39,077 bases of DNA from the IMG/VR virus record IMGVR_UViG_3300036943_000251, positions 1-39,077 of that record. One strand, 5' to 3'. This document shows, in pieces, positions 25,852 to 34,373 of this stretch (its first letter is position 1; each line of letters begins with the position of its first letter). The DNA is from a virus (lineage: Duplodnaviria > Caudoviricetes). The position numbers were made by a program, and so were the translations under genes. Under the pieces are notes generated by a model that was not told the origin of the DNA, ran no database searches, and saw only the letters and a list, made by a program, of their open reading frames with translations.

Positions 25852-26538
25852 TTATTGGTTAATTATATCTTCGGGAGAGAGTTCTTTTTCTCCTCTCGCC
25901 CTTCTTTGAGCGTTTGTTCTATCAAGCAATGCCTTACTGGCCGGATCAAGTTTTACTTTTGTGCCAACATCTTCTTTTTGGCTTTTAAAACTTGAACCTT
26001 GAGAGGTATTGGTAATAGAACTATCCGCCGAAAGAGACTTTTTAAATTCTTCTCTCTCATTAAGTATTCTTTTCTCATCCGCAAGCAATAACGCCCTGTT
26101 TAAATCCGTCTTAACCGACCCTGTTTTGTTTATGGAATTTTCATAATGATATTTAATCAATTCCTGTTTGTCAGGGTCGTTTGTTAATCCTGACAAAGCG
26201 TCATTAAATTGCTCTTTTGTTAAGTCGGATTTGATTTTCTGAGCCTCTTCTTGAACTCTTTGGTTAACAATCTCTTCAATATCTTCTTTGCTAACATCCG
26301 GATGTTCATCCTTAATTTTCTTGATCTCTTCCTTTTTTGAGAGAAGTCCTTGTTTATAGTTGTCTCTTTCTTGCTTAATTTTTTCAAGCTCTTGCTTGTA
26401 AAAATTAGCATCATCAGCCCCGGGATCGTTGGGTTGATCGGTTTCTTGTTTTAAATCCCCTTCTTGACCGCCTTGAGGATCGGAAGACTGGTCGTCTTTG
26501 TTTTGTTTTAAATCCTCGTTTTTTTGTTCTTCAGTCAT
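25852..26538 (-). CDS. Scaffolding protein (putative)
   Basis: Acidic disordered N-terminus, coiled coil, synteny. Confidence 0.7.
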   Translation of the reverse strand: MTEEQKNEDLKQNKDDQSSDPQGGQEGDLKQETDQPNDPGADDANFYKQELEKIKQERDNYKQGLLSKKEEIKKIKDEHPDVSKEDIEEIVNQRVQEEAQKIKSDLTKEQFNDALSGLTNDPDKQELIKYHYENSINKTGSVKTDLNRALLLADEKRILNEREEFKKSLSADSSITNTSQGSSFKSQKEDVGTKVKLDPASKALLDRTNAQRRARGEKELSPEDIINQ

Positions 26539-26578
26539 AATAAATGGTTTAATTTTAAAAGCTTAAAGGTGCTTCAAC

Positions 26579-26917
26579 CTATTTTAATTTTAATATGTTG
26601 TCAACTTTCTTCTCTATAATATCTACCGCCCACAAAACAGCTTTGCCAAAGATTATATCATCGTCTTTACTGGAATTGTTGTACATCTGGTAATTGGCCG
26701 AATACTTCATGTCTTTCAACAACTGAGAAAAGAGCGGTGATTCTTTTAAAAATCTAGCTTCCGCTTTCAGATTGTCCACCTCCGCTCTGTTTATTACTTT
26801 CCCGTTCCGGTACGCTCTTCCCTCCTTTAAGCTGATCGCTAAAACCTCCTCCGGAGTTACCGCGTTGAACAGATGTTTCATCAGTTTGTTTAGTAGTTTT
26901 CTTTTTAGTTTTTTCAT
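26579..26917 (-). CDS. Hypothetical protein (portal-proximal)
   Basis: Helical ORF in head operon. Confidence 0.7.
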   Translation of the reverse strand: MKKLKRKLLNKLMKHLFNAVTPEEVLAISLKEGRAYRNGKVINRAEVDNLKAEARFLKESPLFSQLLKDMKYSANYQMYNNSSKDDDIIFGKAVLWAVDIIEKKVDNILKLK

Positions 26918-27116
26918 TTTTTTGTGGTTTTATTCCTAATTTATCACACAAAATTTCTTCGTTTATGGTTTCTAGGTCGGCTGACCTAACGCCATCATCT
27001 ATAATTTGATTATCAACTATCTCTCTTGAACCGCTCGGTCTGATTCTAAACTGCCTTTTAAGTTCCATCTTCTCGTCGTTTGGCAATATCCGCCACATCT
27101 GAATTTTTGATAACAT
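26754..27116 (-). CDS. Hypothetical protein (3' part overlaps next gene)
   Basis: Starts just after the portal stop; low-complexity tail overlaps 26579-26917 by 164 nt. Confidence 0.55.
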   Translation of the reverse strand: MLSKIQMWRILPNDEKMELKRQFRIRPSGSREIVDNQIIDDGVRSADLETINEEILCDKLGIKPQKNEKTKKKTTKQTDETSVQRGNSGGGFSDQLKGGKSVPERESNKQSGGGQSESGS

Positions 27117-27134
27117 ATTTTTTTATTTAAATAA

Positions 27135-29096
27135 TTATTGGTCTTGAGCATTCGCCCGTTCATTGCTACCCGTCAAACTAGCTAAGCTCGCCTCTTGTCC
27201 CGAACCTCCGCCTTGCATTATGCTTTCAAGCCCTCCTCCACTACTTCTTTCAGGCTTTTTAACATATTTATCGGGGTCATCTTTGGTAGAATCATAACTA
27301 CCTAACAATAAGTCCTTATAAATAGCTTCTTGGTCGGCCAAGGGATGTTGAACCGCCCTGTCATAAGCCTCAATATTCAAAGCCCGTTTCATGTTCTCTG
27401 TCGGGGGCGTCCTAAAATCGGCGGAAACCTCTATGTTGAATTTTCTCTTTCTAAAAATGCCGGGGTTAACTCTATAAATTTCCTGCTTAGGATCAAATCC
27501 CTTATCTTCCTCTTCCATTATCCCTAAACTTTCTTCTTGAACTTCTTGCATGGTCGGATTTTCAGACATCTCGGTATCAAACTCAATTTTTCTGGTTTTT
27601 TCTCCCTTTTCAACCAAGAACTTTCTGAACTTAACCTTATTTCTACTATCGGTTATATCCATGGCCTCGGCCACTGTCATAAACTGTATGATGTCTGAAA
27701 TTATTAAATCTCCTAAATCCTGAACCATAAACCCTATCATTTTATGGAACATACCAAGCATTATCTTTGCGTTTTGCTCAATAATATTGGTTTCTCTGGC
27801 TGTCCTTGTCCCGGATTCGGGAACCATGCCAGCTTGCATAGTATCGGCACTACTCTCAGAAATACTTCTTTCGGTTTTTTCCAGTGTCTGTAGCCCCTGA
27901 TTAACATTATTGCCGACATCTATCTTTTCAATCTTGCTTTCCCTATCAAAAGGAGTAACCGTGCCCGGCCTGACAACAGATGCCCCTATTTCATCCTCGC
28001 CAAATACGGCCACAGGGGGCATGAGCTGCAAAAATGTTCCGTCTATGGTCATTCTATATAAGGTATTGACCACCTCTTCGTCAGGCTTCAACTTATTGGC
28101 CAAAGACCTGTAATAAAAGAATTTACCTTCATCTATAAGCTCATATCCCGTTTTCACAAAAGGATATTTCTTATCAATCCTCTGTAACGGTCTTTCAGTA
28201 TCTGTTATTAGAACTCCGTTGACCATTATTAAGTGCAAATCATTAGTTCTGTCATAAAAATGAAGCTCTTCAACCAGCCTACCCTCTAGTTCTTCGTCGT
28301 ATTGCTCGTAAAAAGTGTTGTCATCATGGTTGAAAACCGCCTGTATACCGGGTCTGACGTACTGAAATTTGCTAAATTTATTATAATATTTTAAAGAAGC
28401 ATCATTGTAGTCTATAAATCTCCTCCAAATAAGCCAAGGTTGTTTTTGAATGTCGTGTTCATAGATGTTTCCTATAAAAAGTTCATCCACCGGCACTATA
28501 TTGTCCTTAAACCCTGACATTACCTCGTCTAAAATTTTCTTTTTTTCCCAATTGCCATCCGTTTTAAGGTCTTTTATCTCCTTTTCAACCTTACAAAACT
28601 CTGTATGGAGTATTACTGCCGGATTAACAAGGGCGCTTATCACCGAATACAAGAATGTCCTGTCATATTTAGCTTGTTTATTCCGCCAATCCATTAAGTC
28701 CTTCATAACTTTGGCCGCATCTTTGTCTTCTTCGTCGTTGTCGTTCTGGGCTGTAACCGTCGGGTTAATTAATGTCCCGGTAATGTGGGCGGCAATGGAA
28801 ATTATTCTATTTCTGGCAATCGGCCGAACAGCATTGCTGCGCCACTCTTCGTCAGGGTCTTCGCTTTTTTGCTCTTGCCACGCATTAAAGGTTCTTTGGT
28901 CTATGGATTGCCTCTGAAGCAAAGTATAATCATTAAACTCACGATATGATTTGTTTCTTATTTCATCGGAAATTTTATAGCAACTCAATATTCTGGAAAT
29001 TGTGTCTTTTTCTTTGCCCCCCGGGTTATAATCAGAGGCGGCAAGGTCAATGTTGCCTTTTTTATCCCGTGAAATCTCTAAAGTGTTTAAGGCCAT
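27135..29096 (-). CDS. Portal protein
   Basis: 653 aa after TerL; YPFV, GTRTARE motifs; P22-like portal size. Confidence 0.85.
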   Translation of the reverse strand: MALNTLEISRDKKGNIDLAASDYNPGGKEKDTISRILSCYKISDEIRNKSYREFNDYTLLQRQSIDQRTFNAWQEQKSEDPDEEWRSNAVRPIARNRIISIAAHITGTLINPTVTAQNDNDEEDKDAAKVMKDLMDWRNKQAKYDRTFLYSVISALVNPAVILHTEFCKVEKEIKDLKTDGNWEKKKILDEVMSGFKDNIVPVDELFIGNIYEHDIQKQPWLIWRRFIDYNDASLKYYNKFSKFQYVRPGIQAVFNHDDNTFYEQYDEELEGRLVEELHFYDRTNDLHLIMVNGVLITDTERPLQRIDKKYPFVKTGYELIDEGKFFYYRSLANKLKPDEEVVNTLYRMTIDGTFLQLMPPVAVFGEDEIGASVVRPGTVTPFDRESKIEKIDVGNNVNQGLQTLEKTERSISESSADTMQAGMVPESGTRTARETNIIEQNAKIMLGMFHKMIGFMVQDLGDLIISDIIQFMTVAEAMDITDSRNKVKFRKFLVEKGEKTRKIEFDTEMSENPTMQEVQEESLGIMEEEDKGFDPKQEIYRVNPGIFRKRKFNIEVSADFRTPPTENMKRALNIEAYDRAVQHPLADQEAIYKDLLLGSYDSTKDDPDKYVKKPERSSGGGLESIMQGGGSGQEASLASLTGSNERANAQDQ

Positions 29097-29099
29097 ATT

Positions 29100-30662
29100 T
29101 TAAAAATATTTTCGTTTATATGATATTTTAGGTATATATTGTTTTTTGGGCCCAAGCCTTATACGAGAACTTTTCGGTGTCTCCTTATAAAAGGTAAGCA
29201 TTAACGCATCCATCTTGTCCGGGGACTTTAAACCTTCCTTTATCATTTCTTTTTTAGGCTTAATTTTTATCTTGCCCTCGCCTAAACTCCGTGTATATTT
29301 AATATTTAAAAACTCTTCTTCCCAGTCCTTAATACTGCCATAAAACTCACCGCCGTTCCTAACCCATTCTTTAAGTGTAAAAAACAATTCCGCCTTCAAG
29401 TTCTGATATCTTTCCTTGTCGTTAGGCGCTTCTCCGACGTTAATGGCGTTTACTTTAACCCTTGACAAAGCGATGTGCTGGGCGACATTGGCCCCTATCC
29501 CGAAATTGTCAATAGTAACTTTGTCTTGAGAAATGTCATACATCTCCATATACATCAACGTCTTTTGCGCTATCTTTTTCTCGCTGGAAATGCTCTCAAG
29601 TCCCAAGGTGATAGCTTTAAAATCATCTCTCAAAACAAACGCCGTCTTGTTACTGCCTTCTCCGGCCGGGTCAACTCCCAAACGTAATGTTCCGCTGGTC
29701 TTTTTGTCCTCGGTTTCCCTAAAATCATCCCTGACAAAAAGAGGAACATAACCTTTGTCATCAATAGCGTCTTCCCGCGGAAACTCACCAAGCACACGTA
29801 TCCTATATTCATCGCTATCTTTGCCTTTGGCGGCCATCCTGTCCACATATTCTTTATTAACTATAGGGCTTTCCTCACCATTAAATGACATTCTCTCCCA
29901 GCTAGCCTTGTCTTTATGATGACTGTCATAGAAATACCCCTGCGTCCTCGTAGGGTTACTTATCATAACCACCAATGGCCTTCTATCGGTCAAAGAACCT
30001 TCCATGGTAGAAAAAATTTGGTCAGGCACGCCTGATGCTTCGTCGATTAAAGCTAGCTGATGAGGCCCATGCATTCCCGCCAATGCCTCCGGATTTTCCT
30101 TGCTGGCCGTCCGCGCTCTGGCAAACCATATCTTATAACTATCGGGATAATCATGTATCCTTATATAAGAACTCTGCCATTCAAACTTTTCCTTAACTCC
30201 CGACGGCAACTTATTGATCCACTTCGCCGCTTCCTTCCACAACACATCATATATCTGCGGTGCGGTATTGGCCGTACAAGAAACTTGGGCGTCTTTATGG
30301 CAAAATAAGAACCATAATAAAATCCACGCCATGGCACAAGTTTTTCCCACGCCATGTCCTGATGCCACTGAAACTCTCTTCTTCCTTTTCATCGCTTCCT
30401 CCACTGACAAAAGGAAAAGCCACTGCTGCCAAGTTATATGCTTGTTTTTTTGAAAGGGCTTAAAATGTCTATGTTCTATTTCATCAAACTTTTTTTCCTT
30501 AATCAATTTATTAACCTTGCTTCTATAAATTTCCTTAGGTGGCTGGGGATATAGTTTAAACATTACCTTCACAAAATATATGGGAGACCTCCTCATCTGA
30601 GAAAAAACCTTCCTGTTCATCCCCTTTTGGTTAAACAACTCTTGCATATATGATTTGCCCAA
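29100..30662 (-). CDS. terL: Terminase large subunit (ATG 30647 may be the true start)
   Basis: SGHGVGKT, ALAGMH, LIDEASGV, ISNPTR, RVLGEFP, GVDPA, SPDKMDAL. Confidence 0.95.
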   Translation of the reverse strand: MGKSYMQELFNQKGMNRKVFSQMRRSPIYFVKVMFKLYPQPPKEIYRSKVNKLIKEKKFDEIEHRHFKPFQKNKHITWQQWLFLLSVEEAMKRKKRVSVASGHGVGKTCAMAWILLWFLFCHKDAQVSCTANTAPQIYDVLWKEAAKWINKLPSGVKEKFEWQSSYIRIHDYPDSYKIWFARARTASKENPEALAGMHGPHQLALIDEASGVPDQIFSTMEGSLTDRRPLVVMISNPTRTQGYFYDSHHKDKASWERMSFNGEESPIVNKEYVDRMAAKGKDSDEYRIRVLGEFPREDAIDDKGYVPLFVRDDFRETEDKKTSGTLRLGVDPAGEGSNKTAFVLRDDFKAITLGLESISSEKKIAQKTLMYMEMYDISQDKVTIDNFGIGANVAQHIALSRVKVNAINVGEAPNDKERYQNLKAELFFTLKEWVRNGGEFYGSIKDWEEEFLNIKYTRSLGEGKIKIKPKKEMIKEGLKSPDKMDALMLTFYKETPKSSRIRLGPKKQYIPKISYKRKYF

Positions 30663-30736
30663 GATCCCGGATAAAAACAGCGCCTGTTGTTGTGGCCCGA
30701 GAAAAAGGGCATATTATAATGATTTCTATGCGCTTT

Positions 30737-31147
30737 TTACCCGGGGTCTTCGGCTTCTTCAGCTTCCTCAGCCAGCTCGGCCAATGACAAACTGCCTGTT
30801 ATATGGCTATTTATATCACTTTTTTCTCTCCAGCCGTGCCTGTTGACCATGGCAAATTTCCCGAACGGAGCATTGTATTCCCCTTCAAGGCAACCATCAA
30901 CTAGTCTCTCCTCAACAATCATATCAATGGTATCTATAACATCCATTATTTCCTCATCATTAAAAAAACTACGCTTCCAGTCATACCAACGCCTGGGTGC
31001 GTAGCTGTTCTTTTTGCCTTTTAATTGCTGTTTTCTCTTGAGTAGTAGGCTGTTTATGCTTTTTATGTCCTCATCTTCTTCAAGCAAAGAAAGCAGTGTT
31101 TTAACCTCTTTTAAAACGAATTCTTTGGTGTATTTTTTATCAGACAT
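30737..31147 (-). CDS. terS: Terminase small subunit (P22 gp3-like)
   Basis: L.GEYNAPFGKFAMVNRHGWREK motif upstream of TerL; start at MSDKKY. Confidence 0.75.
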   Translation of the reverse strand: MSDKKYTKEFVLKEVKTLLSLLEEDEDIKSINSLLLKRKQQLKGKKNSYAPRRWYDWKRSFFNDEEIMDVIDTIDMIVEERLVDGCLEGEYNAPFGKFAMVNRHGWREKSDINSHITGSLSLAELAEEAEEAEDPG

Positions 31148-31312
31148 ATTTAAATTAAAGCATATTTTTATTCTTTTGGCAAGAGATTGTTTGTGGAAAA
31201 CTATTGAGGGGGTTATTTTTTTTATGGGGATTATTTTGTGGGAGTTGAAATTTTTGTGATAAATTTGTGAGGGCATTATATATTTTTTGATCCGCCCGCG
31301 ATTTTCGGGATA

Positions 31313-31344
31313 GGGGGGGGTATATAAAATCACCCGGGGGGGGG
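31313..31344. other. G8 and G9 tracts upstream of terS (possible pac/genome-end region)
   Basis: GGGGGGGG-TATATAAAATCACCC-GGGGGGGGG in AT-rich non-coding DNA. Confidence 0.4.
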
Positions 31345-31573
31345 ACTTTCAAACAACAAAAGAAAACGCCAATATTTTAACCAACCCTAGCAAAAAACAC
31401 AATAAAAAACAAAGTTTTTGAAACCGCTTTTTGGCGATCACCTTTCAAGTTACTTCAATTAATGTATATAACATGAAGTAAACCTTTGCTAACCTTGGCT
31501 AAATAATAAATATCATTATCAAGAGATGTTTTTTATTGGATATTGATTGATCGCGAGATTGAATAGTGATGCC

Positions 31574-31714
31574 CTCCTAAACCACCCACCGGATACTCCT
31601 AAACCACCCACCGGATACTCCTAAACCACCCACCGGATACTCCATGCCACCCACCGGATACTCCATGCCACCCACCGGATACTCCATGCCACCCACCGGA
31701 TACTCCATGCCACC
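31574..31714. repeat. Tandem array of 21/22-bp units, 6 copies of CCACCCACCGGATA
   Basis: Linker CTCCTAAA (x3) then CTCCATG (x4). Confidence 0.95.
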
Positions 31715-31794
31715 AAACCAACTATTCTAAAAACATAATTAAGCACCCATTTTTAACCATAAAATATGGTTTTTGTCAATAGATTACACCACAA

Positions 31795-31852
31795 TTTGAC
31801 AATTTTGTCAAAAGGTGGCTGAATTAAGCCATAATTTAACAAAATTGTCAAA
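31795..31852. repeat. Nested imperfect inverted repeat (operator/cruciform)
   Basis: TTTGACAATTTTGTCAAA ... TGGCT/AGCCA ... TTTAACAAAATTGTCAAA (17/18 inverted). Confidence 0.75.
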
Positions 31853-31856
31853 AAAT

Positions 31857-32285
31857 TGCAACTCTTTTTTTTTCCTAATATTCGCAAAAACACCCCTAAC
31901 CTGCAACCTAATTATGGCGATCTGCAACCTAATTATGGCGATCTGCAACCTAAACATACCTAAATGCAACCTAAATATTGCAAAATGCAACCCTTTTTTT
32001 TGGCACTTTTCCCTAAAACTAGCAAAAAGAGCAAAAATGCAACCCTTTTTTAAAAAAATTCTATATATATTATATATTATATATTATTATATATGTTTTT
32101 TTATTTTTTATTCTCATAAAATAATATAAAAATACTAATTTTACTAATATTAGGAAAATAGTCCAAAAAAAGAGTTGCATTTTGCAATATTTAGGTTGCA
32201 TTTTGCAATATTTAGGTTGCATTTTGCAATATTTAGGTTGCATTTTGCAATATTTAGGTTGCAGATCACCCCGAATTAGGTTGCA
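31857..32285. promoter_or_regulatory. Putative iteron-type replication origin
   Basis: TGCAAC(C/T) at 31857, 31902, 31923, 31944, 31965, 31986, 32038; inverted copies ending 32179, 32200, 32221, 32242, 32263, 32285; AT-rich core ~32045-32160. Confidence 0.75.
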
Positions 32286-32420
32286 TTTCCGTTAAAACCC
32301 GCCCCTTGCTATATACAAAAGGATATAAAAACCCTATAATCTCTACCCCTTGCCTTGCCCTGTGGAAAACTCCAACAGATCAAACCCCCTGCCATTATAA
32401 AATCCAATAAAAACAGACCC

Positions 32421-32449
32421 TTGACAACCTTTAAAATGTTTGCTATACT
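32421..32449 (+). promoter_or_regulatory. Sigma70 early promoter
   Basis: TTGACA-17 bp-TATACT with extended -10 TG. Confidence 0.85.
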
Positions 32450-32522
32450 ATCATATAGGATAAAAAACAAGGAATAAATCACATCCAAGCCTTGCCATTT
32501 TATCCCGCAACATCCCAACGCC

Positions 32523-32557
32523 TCCCGCCTTGTCCGAATAAACCCGGCAAGGCGGGA
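32523..32557 (+). other. Leader hairpin (12 bp)
   Basis: TCCCGCCTTGTC/GGCAAGGCGGGA. Confidence 0.6.
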
Positions 32558-32739
32558 AGCAAAAACCAAAAACTATGCACAAAATAATCTACACAAGGCC
32601 GAATAAAACAGTGTAACTATTAAAATAACTAAAAGAATGGATAGCCTTTTGTGAGCATAAAAATTATCATTATATTATTAAATAACATCCCGCGCCGGAT
32701 CCTTGCAATTAAGCAAGCGCCCGGCCGGCAACAAAAATT

Positions 32740-33102
32740 ATGAAAGACACACTAAACGAACAACAATTTATTGACCGGCTATTACAAGATGAAAACGCCG
32801 GATGGAGTAGGAAAGGAGCCGAAGCCTTGTTTGAATACTTGACCCAATATGAGGAGGAGACCGGAGAGGAGATAGAGGTCGACCCCGTGGCCTTGCGGTG
32901 CGACTTTGACGAATGGAAGGATATAAATGAGTTTTTAGACAGTTACCCGGAAATAAAAGAAGAAATAGACGAAGATGAAACAGAAGAAGTTTATCAAGAC
33001 AGGCGCAAAGAAGAAGTAAAAAAAGCAATAGAAGAAAAAACAACGCTCATACCGTTTGATAATGATGACCTGGACGCCGGGTTTATCACACAAGCGTTTT
33101 AA
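32740..33102 (+). CDS. Highly acidic early protein (possible DNA mimic/antirestriction)
   Basis: First substantial ORF after early promoter; very D/E-rich. Confidence 0.7.
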   Translation: MKDTLNEQQFIDRLLQDENAGWSRKGAEALFEYLTQYEEETGEEIEVDPVALRCDFDEWKDINEFLDSYPEIKEEIDEDETEEVYQDRRKEEVKKAIEEKTTLIPFDNDDLDAGFITQAF

Positions 33103-33151
33103 ACCCCGGCCGCCGGACATTGAAAAGTGTCCGGCCGTTGGTGTTTAATAA
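33099..33151 (+). repeat. Conserved intergenic hairpin element, copy 1
   Basis: TTAAACCCCGGCC...CCGGACATT-GAAA-AGTGTCCGG...CCGTTGGTGTTTAATAA. Confidence 0.8.
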
Positions 33152-33166
33152 TTAAAAATAAAAATT

Positions 33167-33322
33167 ATGTCAAAACCCTACACAAAAAAAGAAGTTGTCT
33201 ATTACCTGGAAAATGACCGGGAGAAAATAAACCGGCTGCAAGCTGACTTGTATGACACTTATAAACACGTAGGCATCTATCCTAACGGGATAAATGAAGT
33301 TAGGATTATTTGTACCAATTAA
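33167..33322 (+). CDS. Hypothetical protein (51 aa)
   Basis: Read manually: MSKPYTKKEVVYYLEND...VRIICTN; bracketed by the repeat elements. Confidence 0.7.
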   Translation: MSKPYTKKEVVYYLENDREKINRLQADLYDTYKHVGIYPNGINEVRIICTN

Positions 33323-33375
33323 ACCCCGGCCAACAATCCCGGAAATTCTCCGGGATTGCCGTTGGTGTTTAATAA
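33319..33375 (+). repeat. Conserved intergenic hairpin element, copy 2
   Basis: TTAAACCCCGGCC...CAATCCCGGA-AATTC-TCCGGGATTG-CCGTTGGTGTTTAATAA. Confidence 0.8.
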
Positions 33376-33399
33376 AACCCCGCACATTACAATTTAACC

Positions 33400-33651
33400 A
33401 TGCAAAAAAAATTTACCAATGTTAAATTTAGGAATTTCCAAAAGAAAATGGCCAAGCGAGCTATAAGTAAAGGTATTTATGAGAATTTTGGGCAAACAGA
33501 ACTTAGAGAGCTAAAAGACAAATACTCTCATTTAAACCTTGAAGATCCTGTGGAAAAATTTAACCACAATCAATTTATCCATCTTGAAAATTGGTTAATG
33601 AACTTTGATTATGAGATGATGCAAAGGTGGAAAAAAATATTAGGGCTATAA
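33400..33651 (+). CDS. Hypothetical early protein
   Basis: ORF with GIYENFGQ.E.R.L motif. Confidence 0.75.
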   Translation: MQKKFTNVKFRNFQKKMAKRAISKGIYENFGQTELRELKDKYSHLNLEDPVEKFNHNQFIHLENWLMNFDYEMMQRWKKILGL

Positions 33652-33670
33652 TAAATTTAACATTAAAACT

Positions 33671-33832
33671 ATGCACAAAAGAAAAAGACAAGAGGCCATG
33701 CACGCCGTGGCCGACTTAAAAAATGAGGTTTTCCACCTCCGGAATGAGTTAACAGATAAAGAAAAAAACATTTTAAAACGCAACATCCGGAGCATAGAAA
33801 AGACGCTAGATGCACACTTTTACACCATTTAA
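33671..33832 (+). CDS. Hypothetical protein (53 aa)
   Basis: Read manually: MHKRKRQEAMHAVADLKNE...LDAHFYTI. Confidence 0.6.
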   Translation: MHKRKRQEAMHAVADLKNEVFHLRNELTDKEKNILKRNIRSIEKTLDAHFYTI

Positions 33833-33858
33833 AGGCCTACAGAGCTTTTAAATCATCT

Positions 33859-33919
33859 AAAAGTCGCCAATATATAAGCTGATAAAGCGGGGATCAGGTT
33901 ATATAGGCGGCTTTTTTTT
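33859..33919 (+). terminator. Long interrupted hairpin plus U tract (intrinsic terminator candidate)
   Basis: AAAAGTCGCC..TATATAA.CTGAT / ATCAG.TTATATA GGCGGCTTTT then T run. Confidence 0.6.
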
Positions 33920-33931
33920 ATATAAAAAAAT

Positions 33932-34318
33932 ATGCCTTATAAATTTGAAACAACAAAAAAGAAGCTATCACCGGAGCACGACAGGAGGCGGAAACTAACA
34001 CCGGAGCAACGCCGAGAGATACACGCTTTATATTTTCAACAAGGCGAGCCGATCCGCGAGATAGCCCGCCGTTTTTCTCTTGTTTGCAGCAGAAGAACAA
34101 TTCAATTTATTTTATTCCCGGAACGTCTCCAAAAGTTGCAAGAAATATCAAAAGAAGAAAAAAGACATTTAAAATATTACAACAGAGAAAAGCACACAAA
34201 GGCGATGAAAGAACATCGGAGATATAAACAAAAAAGAAGCATAGAGGCAGGCGGCCGCCAATTTCAATCCAAGGAGTCGAAGTCAACGGGATCCGATGCG
34301 GCAAATCTTAACTCTTGA
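33932..34318 (+). CDS. HTH DNA-binding protein
   Basis: KLTPEQRREI..LY...PIREIARRF...SRRTIQFI. Confidence 0.75.
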   Translation: MPYKFETTKKKLSPEHDRRRKLTPEQRREIHALYFQQGEPIREIARRFSLVCSRRTIQFILFPERLQKLQEISKEEKRHLKYYNREKHTKAMKEHRRYKQKRSIEAGGRQFQSKESKSTGSDAANLNS

Positions 34319-34343
34319 CAAATTCTATTCTATGATATATAAT
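34315..34343 (+). promoter_or_regulatory. Consensus sigma70 promoter (duplicate of 3008)
   Basis: TTGACA-17 bp-TATAAT. Confidence 0.9.
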
Positions 34344-34373
34344 AGTATATAATAAGTATTAAATAAAAAACTT

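Noticed and set aside
7580-30463. Numerous short + strand ORFs antisense to the late operon
   Set aside because: Shadow frames of long, motif-supported minus-strand genes
31148-31333. N-terminal extension of TerS from GTG 31333
   Set aside because: Runs through low-complexity non-coding DNA; ATG 31147 gives a typical TerS size
31808-32129. ORFs 31815-32129 (+) and 31808-31990 (-)
   Set aside because: Translations of the 21-bp iteron array, not plausible proteins
31574-32285. Repeat arrays as CRISPR
   Set aside because: Units are contiguous 21-22 bp with no unique spacers; no cas genes
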